A stretch of DNA of 64,000 bases from Candidatus Gottesmanbacteria bacterium (GTDB lineage: Bacteria > Patescibacteriota > Microgenomatia > UBA10105 > UBA927), in assembly GCA_963701185.1 (NCBI GenBank), contig OY969569.1, positions 181,735 through 245,734 on the forward strand. The letters are read 5' to 3'. The notes beneath the pieces were generated by a model. It saw only the letters and a list, made by a program, of their open reading frames with translations, did no database searches and was not told where the DNA came from. Positions 50,150 to 59,117 of this stretch are shown here, piece after piece. The position numbers were made by a program, and so were the translations under genes. The stretch's first letter is position 1; every line of letters starts with the position of its first letter.

Positions 50150-50153
50150 GTAA

Positions 50154-50429
50154 TTAAGCTCTTTCAACGCCGCGCATAAAATCACATTTTCCACAGATGA
50201 CTTTTATGATGCTTTCTTTTGGTACCTCCATGGTCTCATCAAATCCCTGAACAAAAATCGGTACGATGTCTCCTTCAATTGGTTTTGTACATCGACTGTC
50301 ATACAGAGTATGGTCAATCAGTGTTCCTGTCATGAAAGAACATGTTTTTGGATCTTCGCCACAGTTTTTTAATGTAGGCGGGAATGTAGGATTTGATGTT
50401 GGGCTTGTATACTGTGGTTTTTCTGCCAT
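50154..50429 (-). CDS. Hypothetical protein, 91 aa, five Cys including CxxC
   Basis: Fills the intergenic space; TGCTATAAA lies upstream on the minus strand. Confidence 0.55.
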   Translation of the reverse strand: MAEKPQYTSPTSNPTFPPTLKNCGEDPKTCSFMTGTLIDHTLYDSRCTKPIEGDIVPIFVQGFDETMEVPKESIIKVICGKCDFMRGVERA

Positions 50430-50493
50430 GGATCTGAATTTATAGCATAGAAATACCTCAAAGTAAAGGTGGGATACTTCCGTGAAATGGTAC

Positions 50494-50555
50494 TTGACAA
50501 CCCGTGAAAAATGGGTGACTATGGATATAGATGGGAAGATGTGGTAAATTTAGGG
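50494..50555 (+). promoter_or_regulatory. dcw promoter with MraZ-box-like repeats
   Basis: TTGACA (50494-99), 17 bp, GACTAT (50517-22); RTGG at 50511, 50521, 50531 and 50541 (10-bp period). Confidence 0.7.
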
Positions 50556-50556
50556 A

Positions 50557-50961
50557 ATGAAGTTGTTCCTTGGGGAATACGATCATGCACTGGACGATCG
50601 GGGCCGCATAACGCTCCCGAGAAAGATTCGGCAAGAGTTGGACGAACGGGAAGTGGTACTGACGAGAGGGTTTGATACATGTATTTTCGGTTTCGACAAG
50701 TCCAGTTGGGAACGGGAAGCGGGAAAGCACCTTGAAACGCCGGTGACCGATAAAGAAGCCAGGGGTTTGCGCCGGTATTTGTTTTCCGGGGCGCAAAAAG
50801 CGGACATAGACAAGCTTGGTCGTATTCTTTTGCCTGCCCAGCTCAAGGAATATGCTTCGATTTCCCGTGAAGTTATAGTTATCGGTGCTGGAGATCATTT
50901 TGAGATCTGGGATAAAGAGAATTGGAGGAAATATGCCCTATCACACGCCGATAATGGTTAA
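50557..50961 (+). CDS. mraZ: Division/cell wall cluster regulator MraZ
   Basis: FLGEY.H.LD.RGR..LP..R; D..GRILLP..LK.YA; VIG.GD.FEIWD. Confidence 0.95.
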   Translation: MKLFLGEYDHALDDRGRITLPRKIRQELDEREVVLTRGFDTCIFGFDKSSWEREAGKHLETPVTDKEARGLRRYLFSGAQKADIDKLGRILLPAQLKEYASISREVIVIGAGDHFEIWDKENWRKYALSHADNG

Positions 50962-51730
50962 AGAGGTCATTGAGGGGCTCCAGGTGGCCCCAGGGAAGAG
51001 ATTTATCGATGCGACCTATGGCGGCGGAGGGCACGCATCAGAGATTGTGCGACGTGGTGGGGAAGTGTTGGGAATAGACGTTGATCCGGATACAGGTTCA
51101 CATGCTATACACGGGAATTTTAGAAATATAGAAAAAATTGCAAAAGAAAATGGATTTGATAACGTTGACGGAATTTTGTTTGATTTAGGCGTATCCAGTC
51201 ATCAGCTGGATACGGCGCAAAGAGGATTTAGTTATCGATTTCCCGATGCGCCGCTGGATTTGCGGCTGAATCAGAACGAAGGTGAAACGGCAGCGGAATT
51301 GTTAGCACGAGTGAGCGAAAACCAACTATATGAGATTTTGGCAACATTTGGTGAAGAAGAGCATAGTCGGGCAATTAGTTCTCTTATTGTCCGCACGCGT
51401 CGCGTGAATCCGATTAAAACGACGGGAGATCTTTTAAAACTCATTGATAAGAAGTCTGCGTCCCAGGTTTTTCAGGCGCTGCGCATTGCCGTCAATGATG
51501 AATTACATGCGTTGAAAGAGGGACTGCAAGGAGCCAAAGAAGTGCTTGCACCCGGCGGGAGATTGGCAGTTATCAGTTTTCATTCATTGGAAGACCGCAT
51601 TGTGAAGATATTTTTGAAAACCGATGCATGGAAATTGATAACCAAGAAGCCGATTATTCCGGGAAGGGAAGAAACAAAGGCAAACAAACGTTCACGGAGC
51701 GCTAAGTTACGGATTGCGGAAAAACTATGA
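50933..51730 (+). CDS. rsmH: 16S rRNA m4C1402 methyltransferase
   Basis: H.P.M..EV, DAT.G.GGH, DLGVSSHQLD..RGFS, FQALRIAVN.E, ISFHSLEDRIVK, RSRSAKLR. Confidence 0.95.
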   Translation: MPYHTPIMVKEVIEGLQVAPGKRFIDATYGGGGHASEIVRRGGEVLGIDVDPDTGSHAIHGNFRNIEKIAKENGFDNVDGILFDLGVSSHQLDTAQRGFSYRFPDAPLDLRLNQNEGETAAELLARVSENQLYEILATFGEEEHSRAISSLIVRTRRVNPIKTTGDLLKLIDKKSASQVFQALRIAVNDELHALKEGLQGAKEVLAPGGRLAVISFHSLEDRIVKIFLKTDAWKLITKKPIIPGREETKANKRSRSAKLRIAEKL

Positions 51731-52029
51731 TGAATCTATTACGGACAGCAGCCAAAAGCATACCGATCATTGTTATTATCCTCGTAGTGACCGAAATCCT
51801 TTGGTCCAATACCCTTGTGGTATCAGGGAAGCAAGTCAGTTCGGTAGACCTGGAAATTGCGGCTCTTCGCCAGAAGAACGAACAGCTTGCCCAACAGGTG
51901 GCATCAGCGTCGTCTCTGACAACAATTACTCTGAAGGCTGCTGAAATGGGATTTGTTGAGCCGACAGGGAAACAATTTGTTATGATAGGGAATGAGACCC
52001 TGCCCGTTGCTCTCAACCGCCAGCAATAA
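51727..52029 (+). CDS. ftsL: FtsL-like cell division protein
   Basis: TM plus coiled coil plus A.EMGF, directly after rsmH. Confidence 0.6.
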   Translation: MMNLLRTAAKSIPIIVIILVVTEILWSNTLVVSGKQVSSVDLEIAALRQKNEQLAQQVASASSLTTITLKAAEMGFVEPTGKQFVMIGNETLPVALNRQQ

Positions 52030-52052
52030 CCTTCGGATGATATAATGACGTC

Positions 52053-52946
52053 ATGGATGAACAATCCTTTTATATCGAGCAAAGTAAATATAGTGATCCA
52101 GGAAAATTCTCGCCCCTTTTTGATGTATTACCCGAAACGATAGTAGATATTTGCCATACCGTTCACAATTTACTGGTGCACCAAGATGACTTGTTTGACT
52201 TTTATCATTTCAAAGTATCCGCAGATAAACAACTTCAACCAAACATGAGATATATTGAAAAAATTGTTGAGGTTATTGTTCATAATAATAATTCCGCATT
52301 AAGTGAGCTAAGAAAACCACAAGAACGATTTATTGGTACATGCAGAGATTTTGCTTTCTTTACCTGTTCCATACTTCGGCATAAAGGGATTCCTGCTCGT
52401 GTGCGGTGTGGTTTTGCGAGTTATTTCCATTCAGACTGGTATTCTGATCATTGGGTTTGCGAATATTTTGATAAGAAATTAAATCAATGGTTATTAGCTG
52501 ATGCAGAATTGGGGAATGAAGAGAAAGAAAAATACCATATTGATTTTGATCCAGCAAATATATCGAGAGAAAAATTTCTTACTGCGGGAAAAGCTTGGAT
52601 AAAGGCTCGAAGGAATCAAATCAACCCAGAAATCTTAGGAGTAAAAGAAATAGATGTTAAAGGATTTTGGTTTATTAAAGCAGATGTTATCCGGGATCTC
52701 GCGGCACTCAATAAAATAGAATTACTTCCTTGGGATTATACAGAGTATATGGATCAGCCATACAAGAATTTAACAGAGCGATCTGACGACGAAATACAAC
52801 TTATCGATTCTGTTGCGGCAGTTACCTCACAAGAACCAATAAATTTAAATGAAGTTTTAGATTTTTACAAGAAAAATATAAATGTGCAAATAACGAATAA
52901 AGTTAAAAGCTATTCTTCAAAGGACCCGATAGACGTAACACTATAA
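52053..52946 (+). CDS. Transglutaminase-like (Cys-His-Asp) protein
   Basis: GTCRDF, RHKGIPARVRCGFA.YF, DHWVCEY, W.L.DA, DLAALNK.E.LPWD; AT-rich. Confidence 0.8.
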   Translation: MDEQSFYIEQSKYSDPGKFSPLFDVLPETIVDICHTVHNLLVHQDDLFDFYHFKVSADKQLQPNMRYIEKIVEVIVHNNNSALSELRKPQERFIGTCRDFAFFTCSILRHKGIPARVRCGFASYFHSDWYSDHWVCEYFDKKLNQWLLADAELGNEEKEKYHIDFDPANISREKFLTAGKAWIKARRNQINPEILGVKEIDVKGFWFIKADVIRDLAALNKIELLPWDYTEYMDQPYKNLTERSDDEIQLIDSVAAVTSQEPINLNEVLDFYKKNINVQITNKVKSYSSKDPIDVTL

Positions 52947-52953
52947 CCATATT

Positions 52954-54631
52954 ATGTGGCGCATCTGGACACTGTTCGGTTTCATAATGCTTGCTTTTTT
53001 CCGCAATTATCGTCCGGCTTTTTTACTGGCAGATTCTCCAGGGCGATTCTTTACGGGTTCAGGCAAACCGGCAGTATAACCTGGAATTAACTATTCCGGC
53101 CAGACGCGGTACGATCGCCGCCTCTGATGGGAGTCCGTTTGCCATGAACCAGCAGGGGTATTTGGTATATGCACAGCCGAAAGAAATAGAAAATGCAGGG
53201 ATATTCGCCAAAGTCGTTGCCCCGATATTGCATCAGGAAGAAGCGTCCATATCAGCAATTGTAACGATCCCCGGGCGTGTATGGGTGCCGCTTGCGCATA
53301 AGGTTGATGCATCGGTGAAAGATACGCTTTCGCTTTTGAATCTCAAAGGACTGGGATTTGAACCGGAGGCAAAACGGTATTACCCGGAGGCATCCATGGC
53401 AGCACAGCTTCTGGGGTTCGTGGGGATGGACCAGAACGGAAATGATCAGGGATATTTCGGTCTTGAGGGGTATTATGACCGCGAGCTGCGGGGGAGAGAC
53501 GGCAGTCTACAGCTTGAAAAAGACGTGCAGGGATCGGCCATATTGGTAGGAAATACCAAACGCATTGAAGCGGAGGATGGCAGGTCTCTACTTCTCTGGA
53601 CCGACAGGACGGTTCAGCAGATTGCCGAGAAGCGGCTGTCGGAAGGGATTAGGAAGTATGGAGCCAAAGCCGGTACGGTGACGATTATGGATCCTCAAAC
53701 AGGCGGCATACTTGCCGTTGTCTCCCGTCCAAGCTACGACCCCGCCTCATACCAGTCGTTTGATAAATCGTTGTATAAAAATCCGATCGTATCCCAATCG
53801 TATGAGCCGGGAAGCACATTTAAAGTGCTTGTTATGAGCGGGGCGCTCAATGAGCGATCCGTGACGCCCGATACCAAAGTGGACGAAAACGCTCCGGTGC
53901 CGATTGACGACTATGTGATACATACCTGGAATGATTCGTATCACGGCCCGATCACCATGGCGCAAATTCTGGAGTATTCCAGTAATGTCGGCATGGTATA
54001 CGTGGAGCAAAAAATGGGAAAAAAAATTCTGCTTAAATACCTTCATGCTTTTGGAATTGGGATGCCGACCGGCATAGACCTGCAGGAAGAAAGCTCTCCG
54101 GAGCTGCGGGCCGATAGTGAATGGAAAAATATCGATTTGGCGACTGCGTCGTTCGGACAGGGGTTGGCGGTAACTCCCATACAAATGGTCCGTGCAGTCG
54201 GTGCCATAGCAAACGGCGGTGTTTTAATGGAACCTCATGTTGTCCGTGAAATTATTGATGATACCGGCAAGAAGGTAAGTATACCGCCGAAGAAAATCCG
54301 TCAGGTCATAACGAGCAGTGCGGCTGCAGCTATTACCGAAATGATGATATCCGCAGTGGATTTAGGCGAGGCAAAGTGGGCAAAGCCTGCGGGGTACCGC
54401 ATTGCCGGTAAAACAGGGACCGCCCAGATTCCGGTTGCCGGCCATTATGACGCGACAAAAACAATCGCATCGTTCGTGGGGTTCGCGCCTGCCGACAATC
54501 CGAAATTTGTTATGTTGGTCACCCTAACGGAACCGTCAAGCTCACCATGGGGCTCTGAAACCGCCGCCCCGCTCTTTTTCAAGATTGCGAAAGATTTGTT
54601 AACCTACTACAGTATCCCCGCCTCGCAGTAA
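52954..54631 (+). CDS. ftsI: Class B penicillin-binding protein FtsI; apparent +1 frameshift in the T6 run at 52995-53000
   Basis: RLFYWQ, ARRG.I, R.YP, GLE..YD, YEPGSTFK (SxxK), SSN, KTGT. ATG 52954 (MWRIWTLFGFIML) is out of frame by one base; TTG 52991 is an alternative start. Confidence 0.88.
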
Positions 54632-54642
54632 CGCACGTACTT

Positions 54643-55053
54643 TTATGTACGACTGGTATGTTGCCACGCGTAATTTACAATAATATTACGCGTTGTTTTC
54701 AATGCATTAGCCTGAAAAATTTTATGATGCTTTTCCGCCCAATGAATACTTGCATCAATATGTAATTGTAAATGTTCTTTTGTCAGACCAGGTGTTCCTG
54801 CAAGACTTTTTAATGCCCACATAATTGCTGTTTCTTCAAGTGCTGTATTAACATCTTTTTGTAAAGCATCAACAATTTCTTGAGCTTGAAGAATCTGTTC
54901 ATCAGTTTTTGCGTCAGAAAGGGACGTTACTCGAAAGGAACCCTCTGGAACGAACACGTCACTGGTAAATTTCAACGTAGTTCCAGCCATCGTGCCCGGA
55001 TCTGGAACCGTTTCGTGCGTCATATAAGGAACGAGTATATCAAAATAACTCAT
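54643..55053 (-). CDS. Hypothetical protein, 136 aa
   Basis: ATG-start ORF filling the ftsI-murE gap on the opposite strand. Confidence 0.6.
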   Translation of the reverse strand: MSYFDILVPYMTHETVPDPGTMAGTTLKFTSDVFVPEGSFRVTSLSDAKTDEQILQAQEIVDALQKDVNTALEETAIMWALKSLAGTPGLTKEHLQLHIDASIHWAEKHHKIFQANALKTTRNIIVNYAWQHTSRT

Positions 55054-55080
55054 TTTGTCAAAAATGCTATAATTACTATC

Positions 55081-56256
55081 ATGCTACGAAGCCTTAAAGG
55101 GCTCTACCATCTACTACTCGCGATCGCGGCTAATGTGTGGTACGGATTCCCCAGCCGGAAGATTACGGTGATCGGCGTGACGGGGACGGACGGCAAAACC
55201 ACGACGACCACGCTTATTTACGAAATTCTCAAGGCTGCCGAATACAAAGCGTCGATGATTACCTCTGTTCACGCTATCATTGCCGGTAAAACCTATGACA
55301 CCGGGTTTCATGTCACAACCCCCAGCCCGTTCTGGGTACAGAAATATCTGAAAGAAGCGGCCGAACACGGGGACACGCACATGGTCCTTGAGGTGACGTC
55401 GCATGCACTCTCCCAATACCGCGTGTTCGGCGTGAATTTTGCCGTCGGCGTTATTACTAACGTCACGCACGAACATCTTGATTGGCACCGGACGTTTGAG
55501 CACTACCTTGTCACAAAACTCTCCCTTTTAACCCGCGCGGGAATCGCCGTCGTGAACCGTGATGAGGCGGAATTGTATACCCGTGCCAGTCCGCTTCTCC
55601 GCCGGAAAACTCTTATTACGTACGGTATACGCAGGGAGGCAAAAATAACGCCTCAATCATATCCGTTTTCCACACAGCTTCCCGGAGAGTTTAACCAATA
55701 TAATTGTTTAGCTGCCCTTGCGGTTGCGTATGCGCTCAAAATTCCCAAAAAAATCGCGCGGGAGGCTGTAGGGGCCTTTACCGGCGTACCGGGCCGGATG
55801 GAAATTGTTAATCTCAAGCCGTTTACGGTCATTGTGGATTTTGCCCATACGCCCAACGCAATCGATCGGGCACTCAAGACTGCACGGGAGAGCGCTAAAA
55901 AACGGTTGATTCATGTGTTCGGCAGCGCCGGTCTTCGCGATGTCACCAAGCGGCCGCTGATGGGGAAGGCATCAGCAAGATATGCGGACATCATTATCCT
56001 TACCGAAGAAGATTACCGTACGGAGAACGTGGAGACGATTATGGATGAGATCGTCTCAGGCGTGGACCCTGGTCCGCAGATGTACCGGTTTCCCAACCGT
56101 CAAAAGGCCATTGATTTTGCCGTAAAACTTGCCCAACCGCGCGATGTTATTATTATTACGGGGAAAGGCCACGAACGGAGTCTTGCCCGCGGGCGCCGCG
56201 AGTACCCATGGAGTGATAAGGAAGCGGTAAAAAAGGCATTAAAATTATTATCATGA
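55081..56256 (+). CDS. murE: UDP-MurNAc-dipeptide--diamino acid ligase
   Basis: GVTGTDGKTTT, LEV.SH, TN.THEHLD.H, VPGRME, VDFAHTP, GKGHE. Confidence 0.9.
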   Translation: MLRSLKGLYHLLLAIAANVWYGFPSRKITVIGVTGTDGKTTTTTLIYEILKAAEYKASMITSVHAIIAGKTYDTGFHVTTPSPFWVQKYLKEAAEHGDTHMVLEVTSHALSQYRVFGVNFAVGVITNVTHEHLDWHRTFEHYLVTKLSLLTRAGIAVVNRDEAELYTRASPLLRRKTLITYGIRREAKITPQSYPFSTQLPGEFNQYNCLAALAVAYALKIPKKIAREAVGAFTGVPGRMEIVNLKPFTVIVDFAHTPNAIDRALKTARESAKKRLIHVFGSAGLRDVTKRPLMGKASARYADIIILTEEDYRTENVETIMDEIVSGVDPGPQMYRFPNRQKAIDFAVKLAQPRDVIIITGKGHERSLARGRREYPWSDKEAVKKALKLLS

Positions 56257-56891
56257 TTCAATCACCGTTATTGTTGAAGTTGGGAATAGTTCACTGGTAT
56301 GACGACCGTCATACAAAACTCAATACGGAAATAGCGGTACCGCAGCAGATACACGGGACTCGGATTGCGGTTGTTACGAAAAAGGATCAGGGAAAAACTA
56401 TTCCCGGTGTTGATGGTCTGGTGTCAAAAGATATTGCGATCGGTGTTTCATTCGCGGATTGCGTGCCGATTCTGGCTGTCGATCCTAAGGCAAAAATTAT
56501 CGGTACTGCTCATGCCGGTTGGAAAGGCACACTTCACGGGATTGCCCGGGAACTTATTCTTACCATGACAAACGCAGGAGCAGATGTGAAAAATATTTAT
56601 ATTTCCATCGGCCCGCACATCGGCATGTGCTGTTATAACGTACCGGATGAACGGGCACGCGTCTTTCAAAAACAATTCGGCACGGATGAGAAAATCGCCG
56701 CGCGGATAGACGGCGATTGGCATGTGGACATCGGGTATGTAAATTATCTGCAGTTGTTGAAAGCCGGCATTGCAAAAGAACATATTGATGCTCCGCCATC
56801 GTGTACATCGTGCCAGGTGGCAGAGTTTCATTCGTTCAGGAAGGATTCGAAGGACACATTCGGGGTACAGTTAGGAGTAATTTCACTATGA
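56253..56891 (+). CDS. pgeF: YfiH/PgeF family protein
   Basis: QIHG, DGL, ADCVPIL, HAGWKG, IGP.I..CCY.V, CT.C..F.S.R. Confidence 0.88.
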   Translation: MIQSPLLLKLGIVHWYDDRHTKLNTEIAVPQQIHGTRIAVVTKKDQGKTIPGVDGLVSKDIAIGVSFADCVPILAVDPKAKIIGTAHAGWKGTLHGIARELILTMTNAGADVKNIYISIGPHIGMCCYNVPDERARVFQKQFGTDEKIAARIDGDWHVDIGYVNYLQLLKAGIAKEHIDAPPSCTSCQVAEFHSFRKDSKDTFGVQLGVISL

Positions 56892-58192
56892 AACGTATAC
56901 ATTTTGTCGGAATTAAAGGGGTGGCCATGGCCGCACTTGCCGTGTGGTACAAAGAAGCGGGGTATATCGTGACGGGGTCGGATGTGACGGATGAGTTTCC
57001 GACAGACGAAGTGCTTGCTAAAGCAAAAATTTCAGTATTGGTTTTTGATCCGAAGAATATTGCACGAAGTAAACCTGACCTCGTTATCTATACCGGCGCC
57101 CACGGCGGACGGGAAAACGCTGAGGTAGTTGAAGCTCTGGCGCAAAAAATTCCGGCAATCCCGCACGGGAAAGCGTTGGGACTTGTTATGGCGGAAAAAA
57201 AACAAGTGTCGGTTGCCGGCAGTCACGGGAAAACCACGACCACCGCCATGATTGCGACAATTTTGGCCAGTGCGGGGTACGACCCGTCGTGGGCAATCGG
57301 CTGCGGGGAGATCCGCGGGCTGGGGCTACCGGGGCATTTCGGAAAAGGAAAAATATTTGTCGCAGAAGCAGATGAGTATGTCACGGATCCCGGCCACGAC
57401 CTGACGCCGCGATTTTTATGGCAGCACCCGGATATACTTGTTGAAACGAATATCGATTGGGATCATCCTGATGTGTATGCGTCTTTGGCCGACGTACAAG
57501 CAGCATTTACCGCACTTGAGGGTCAATCGAAAGTCATTATTACCCAAAAAGATTTTCAGGTGACGCGTGTTGCATTCGGGCAGGAACGGACGTTTTTTTC
57601 GCTCGAACAGAACGGAATGAAGCTCGGCGATTTTACCCTCAAAGTTCCAGGAATTCATAATGCCAGGAATGCCGCCGCAGCAGTGATTGCGTGCAGTCAA
57701 CTGGGAGTTCCGCGGGATAAAATTTCAGAGGGTCTTCTTTTGTTTGGCGGAACAAAGCGGAGATTTGAATACATCGGGACCGTAAACGGCGCCAAAATCA
57801 TTGACGATTATGCACATCATCCGAATGAAATAAAAGCAACTCTCGCTGCGGCACGGGAGTGGTATCCGAAACAAAAGATCATCGTTGTTTTCCAGCCGCA
57901 TACCTATTCCAGAACGAAGGCACTCCTTCACGGTTTTTCAAAAGCGTTCGCGGATGCAAGCATGGTGCTCTTAACGGATATTTATTCGTCCGCCCGTGAG
58001 ACGAGCGACTTGGGGATTACCGGAAAAACACTTGTGGAGGAAACGGCAAAACATCACCCGAACGTTTTGTACGCACCCGATTTTCCCGCGGTACAGAACA
58101 TACTTCATACACAGATGCAGGCAGGAGATATAATAGTATTTATGGGCGCGGGAGATATTTATGGTTGGAGTAAAAGATTTATTGAAAAATGA
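56888..58192 (+). CDS. murC: UDP-N-acetylmuramate--L-alanine ligase
   Basis: IHFVGIKGVAM, GSD, AGSHGKTTT, EADE, DHPD, RRFE, DDYAHHP.E, FQPHTYSRT, GAGDI. Confidence 0.93.
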   Translation: MKRIHFVGIKGVAMAALAVWYKEAGYIVTGSDVTDEFPTDEVLAKAKISVLVFDPKNIARSKPDLVIYTGAHGGRENAEVVEALAQKIPAIPHGKALGLVMAEKKQVSVAGSHGKTTTTAMIATILASAGYDPSWAIGCGEIRGLGLPGHFGKGKIFVAEADEYVTDPGHDLTPRFLWQHPDILVETNIDWDHPDVYASLADVQAAFTALEGQSKVIITQKDFQVTRVAFGQERTFFSLEQNGMKLGDFTLKVPGIHNARNAAAAVIACSQLGVPRDKISEGLLLFGGTKRRFEYIGTVNGAKIIDDYAHHPNEIKATLAAAREWYPKQKIIVVFQPHTYSRTKALLHGFSKAFADASMVLLTDIYSSARETSDLGITGKTLVEETAKHHPNVLYAPDFPAVQNILHTQMQAGDIIVFMGAGDIYGWSKRFIEK

Positions 58193-59117
58193 GCCGTTAG
58201 GCAGGCATACAACCTTCAAAGTCGGAGGACCAGCCGATTATTTTTATGATGCGAAAACGGTAGACGACTTCGTTGGTGCAATTTTACTCGGACGAAAACG
58301 CGGCCTGCCAATTTTTATTCTGGGCGGCGGGACCAATATTCTTGTCGGCGACCGCGGCATACGTGGATTTGTCATAAAAAACAGCACAGGTGCCATACGG
58401 ATTAAAGGAATGAAGGGAACGGTAACGGGCGGAACTGCTAAGAAAGGCTTGGTATTTGTGGAGGCCGAGAGCGGCGTCGCGTTTAACTCGCTGGTCCGTT
58501 TTACCGTTGAAGAAGGGCTTTCCGGGCTGGAAATGCATCTGGGATTGCCCGGTTCCGTGGGCGGCGCACTATGTATGAACTCCAAATGGACTCACCCTGT
58601 GGGGTATGTGGGTGACGCGGTGTATCAGGCGGAACTATTAACTCCGGAAAATAAACGTGTCACGGTGCCCCAATCCTATTTCCATTTCGGGTATGACGCC
58701 AGCAGTATCCAGAAAACCAATGACATCGTCCTCAAAGTGGTTTTTGCCCTGGGCACCGATACCAAAGAACGTTTATGGAAGATTGCCAACGAAAGCATCG
58801 GCTACCGCAGAGAGACACAGCCGCAGGGGGTATTCACGGCAGGGTGTGCATTTAAAAATATTTCCGAAGCGCAAGCAATATCCCTGCCAACGCCCAACCA
58901 GACAAAATCCGCAGGATTTCTCATTGATCATGCCGGGCTTAAAGGAACGCGTGTGGGTGACGCTGAAATATCGTCTGTACACGCTAACTTCATCGTCAAC
59001 CGGGGGAGTGCTACGGCCCGCGACGTGGTACAATTATTAGAGCTTGTCAGAGGAAAAGTCAAAGAAAAATTTGGTGTGACGCTGGAGGAGGAAATAATCC
59101 GCGTAGGGGAGTTTTAG
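58161..59117 (+). CDS. murB: UDP-N-acetylenolpyruvoylglucosamine reductase
   Basis: HTTFKVGG.A, LGGGTNIL, GLPGSVGG, AGCAFKN, HANF.VN.G, LEEE. Confidence 0.9.
   Translation: MVGVKDLLKNEPLGRHTTFKVGGPADYFYDAKTVDDFVGAILLGRKRGLPIFILGGGTNILVGDRGIRGFVIKNSTGAIRIKGMKGTVTGGTAKKGLVFVEAESGVAFNSLVRFTVEEGLSGLEMHLGLPGSVGGALCMNSKWTHPVGYVGDAVYQAELLTPENKRVTVPQSYFHFGYDASSIQKTNDIVLKVVFALGTDTKERLWKIANESIGYRRETQPQGVFTAGCAFKNISEAQAISLPTPNQTKSAGFLIDHAGLKGTRVGDAEISSVHANFIVNRGSATARDVVQLLELVRGKVKEKFGVTLEEEIIRVGEF

Noticed and set aside
52026-52948. Integron cassette (TAAC at gene ends)
   Set aside because: No attC-like inverted repeat or integron integrase; TAAC after TAA stops is expected by chance.
54880-55080. Long N-terminal extensions in the ORF track (murE, murC, rsmH, UXS, phosphatase and others)
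   Set aside because: They overlap neighbouring genes; family homology starts at later ATGs, which were used instead.
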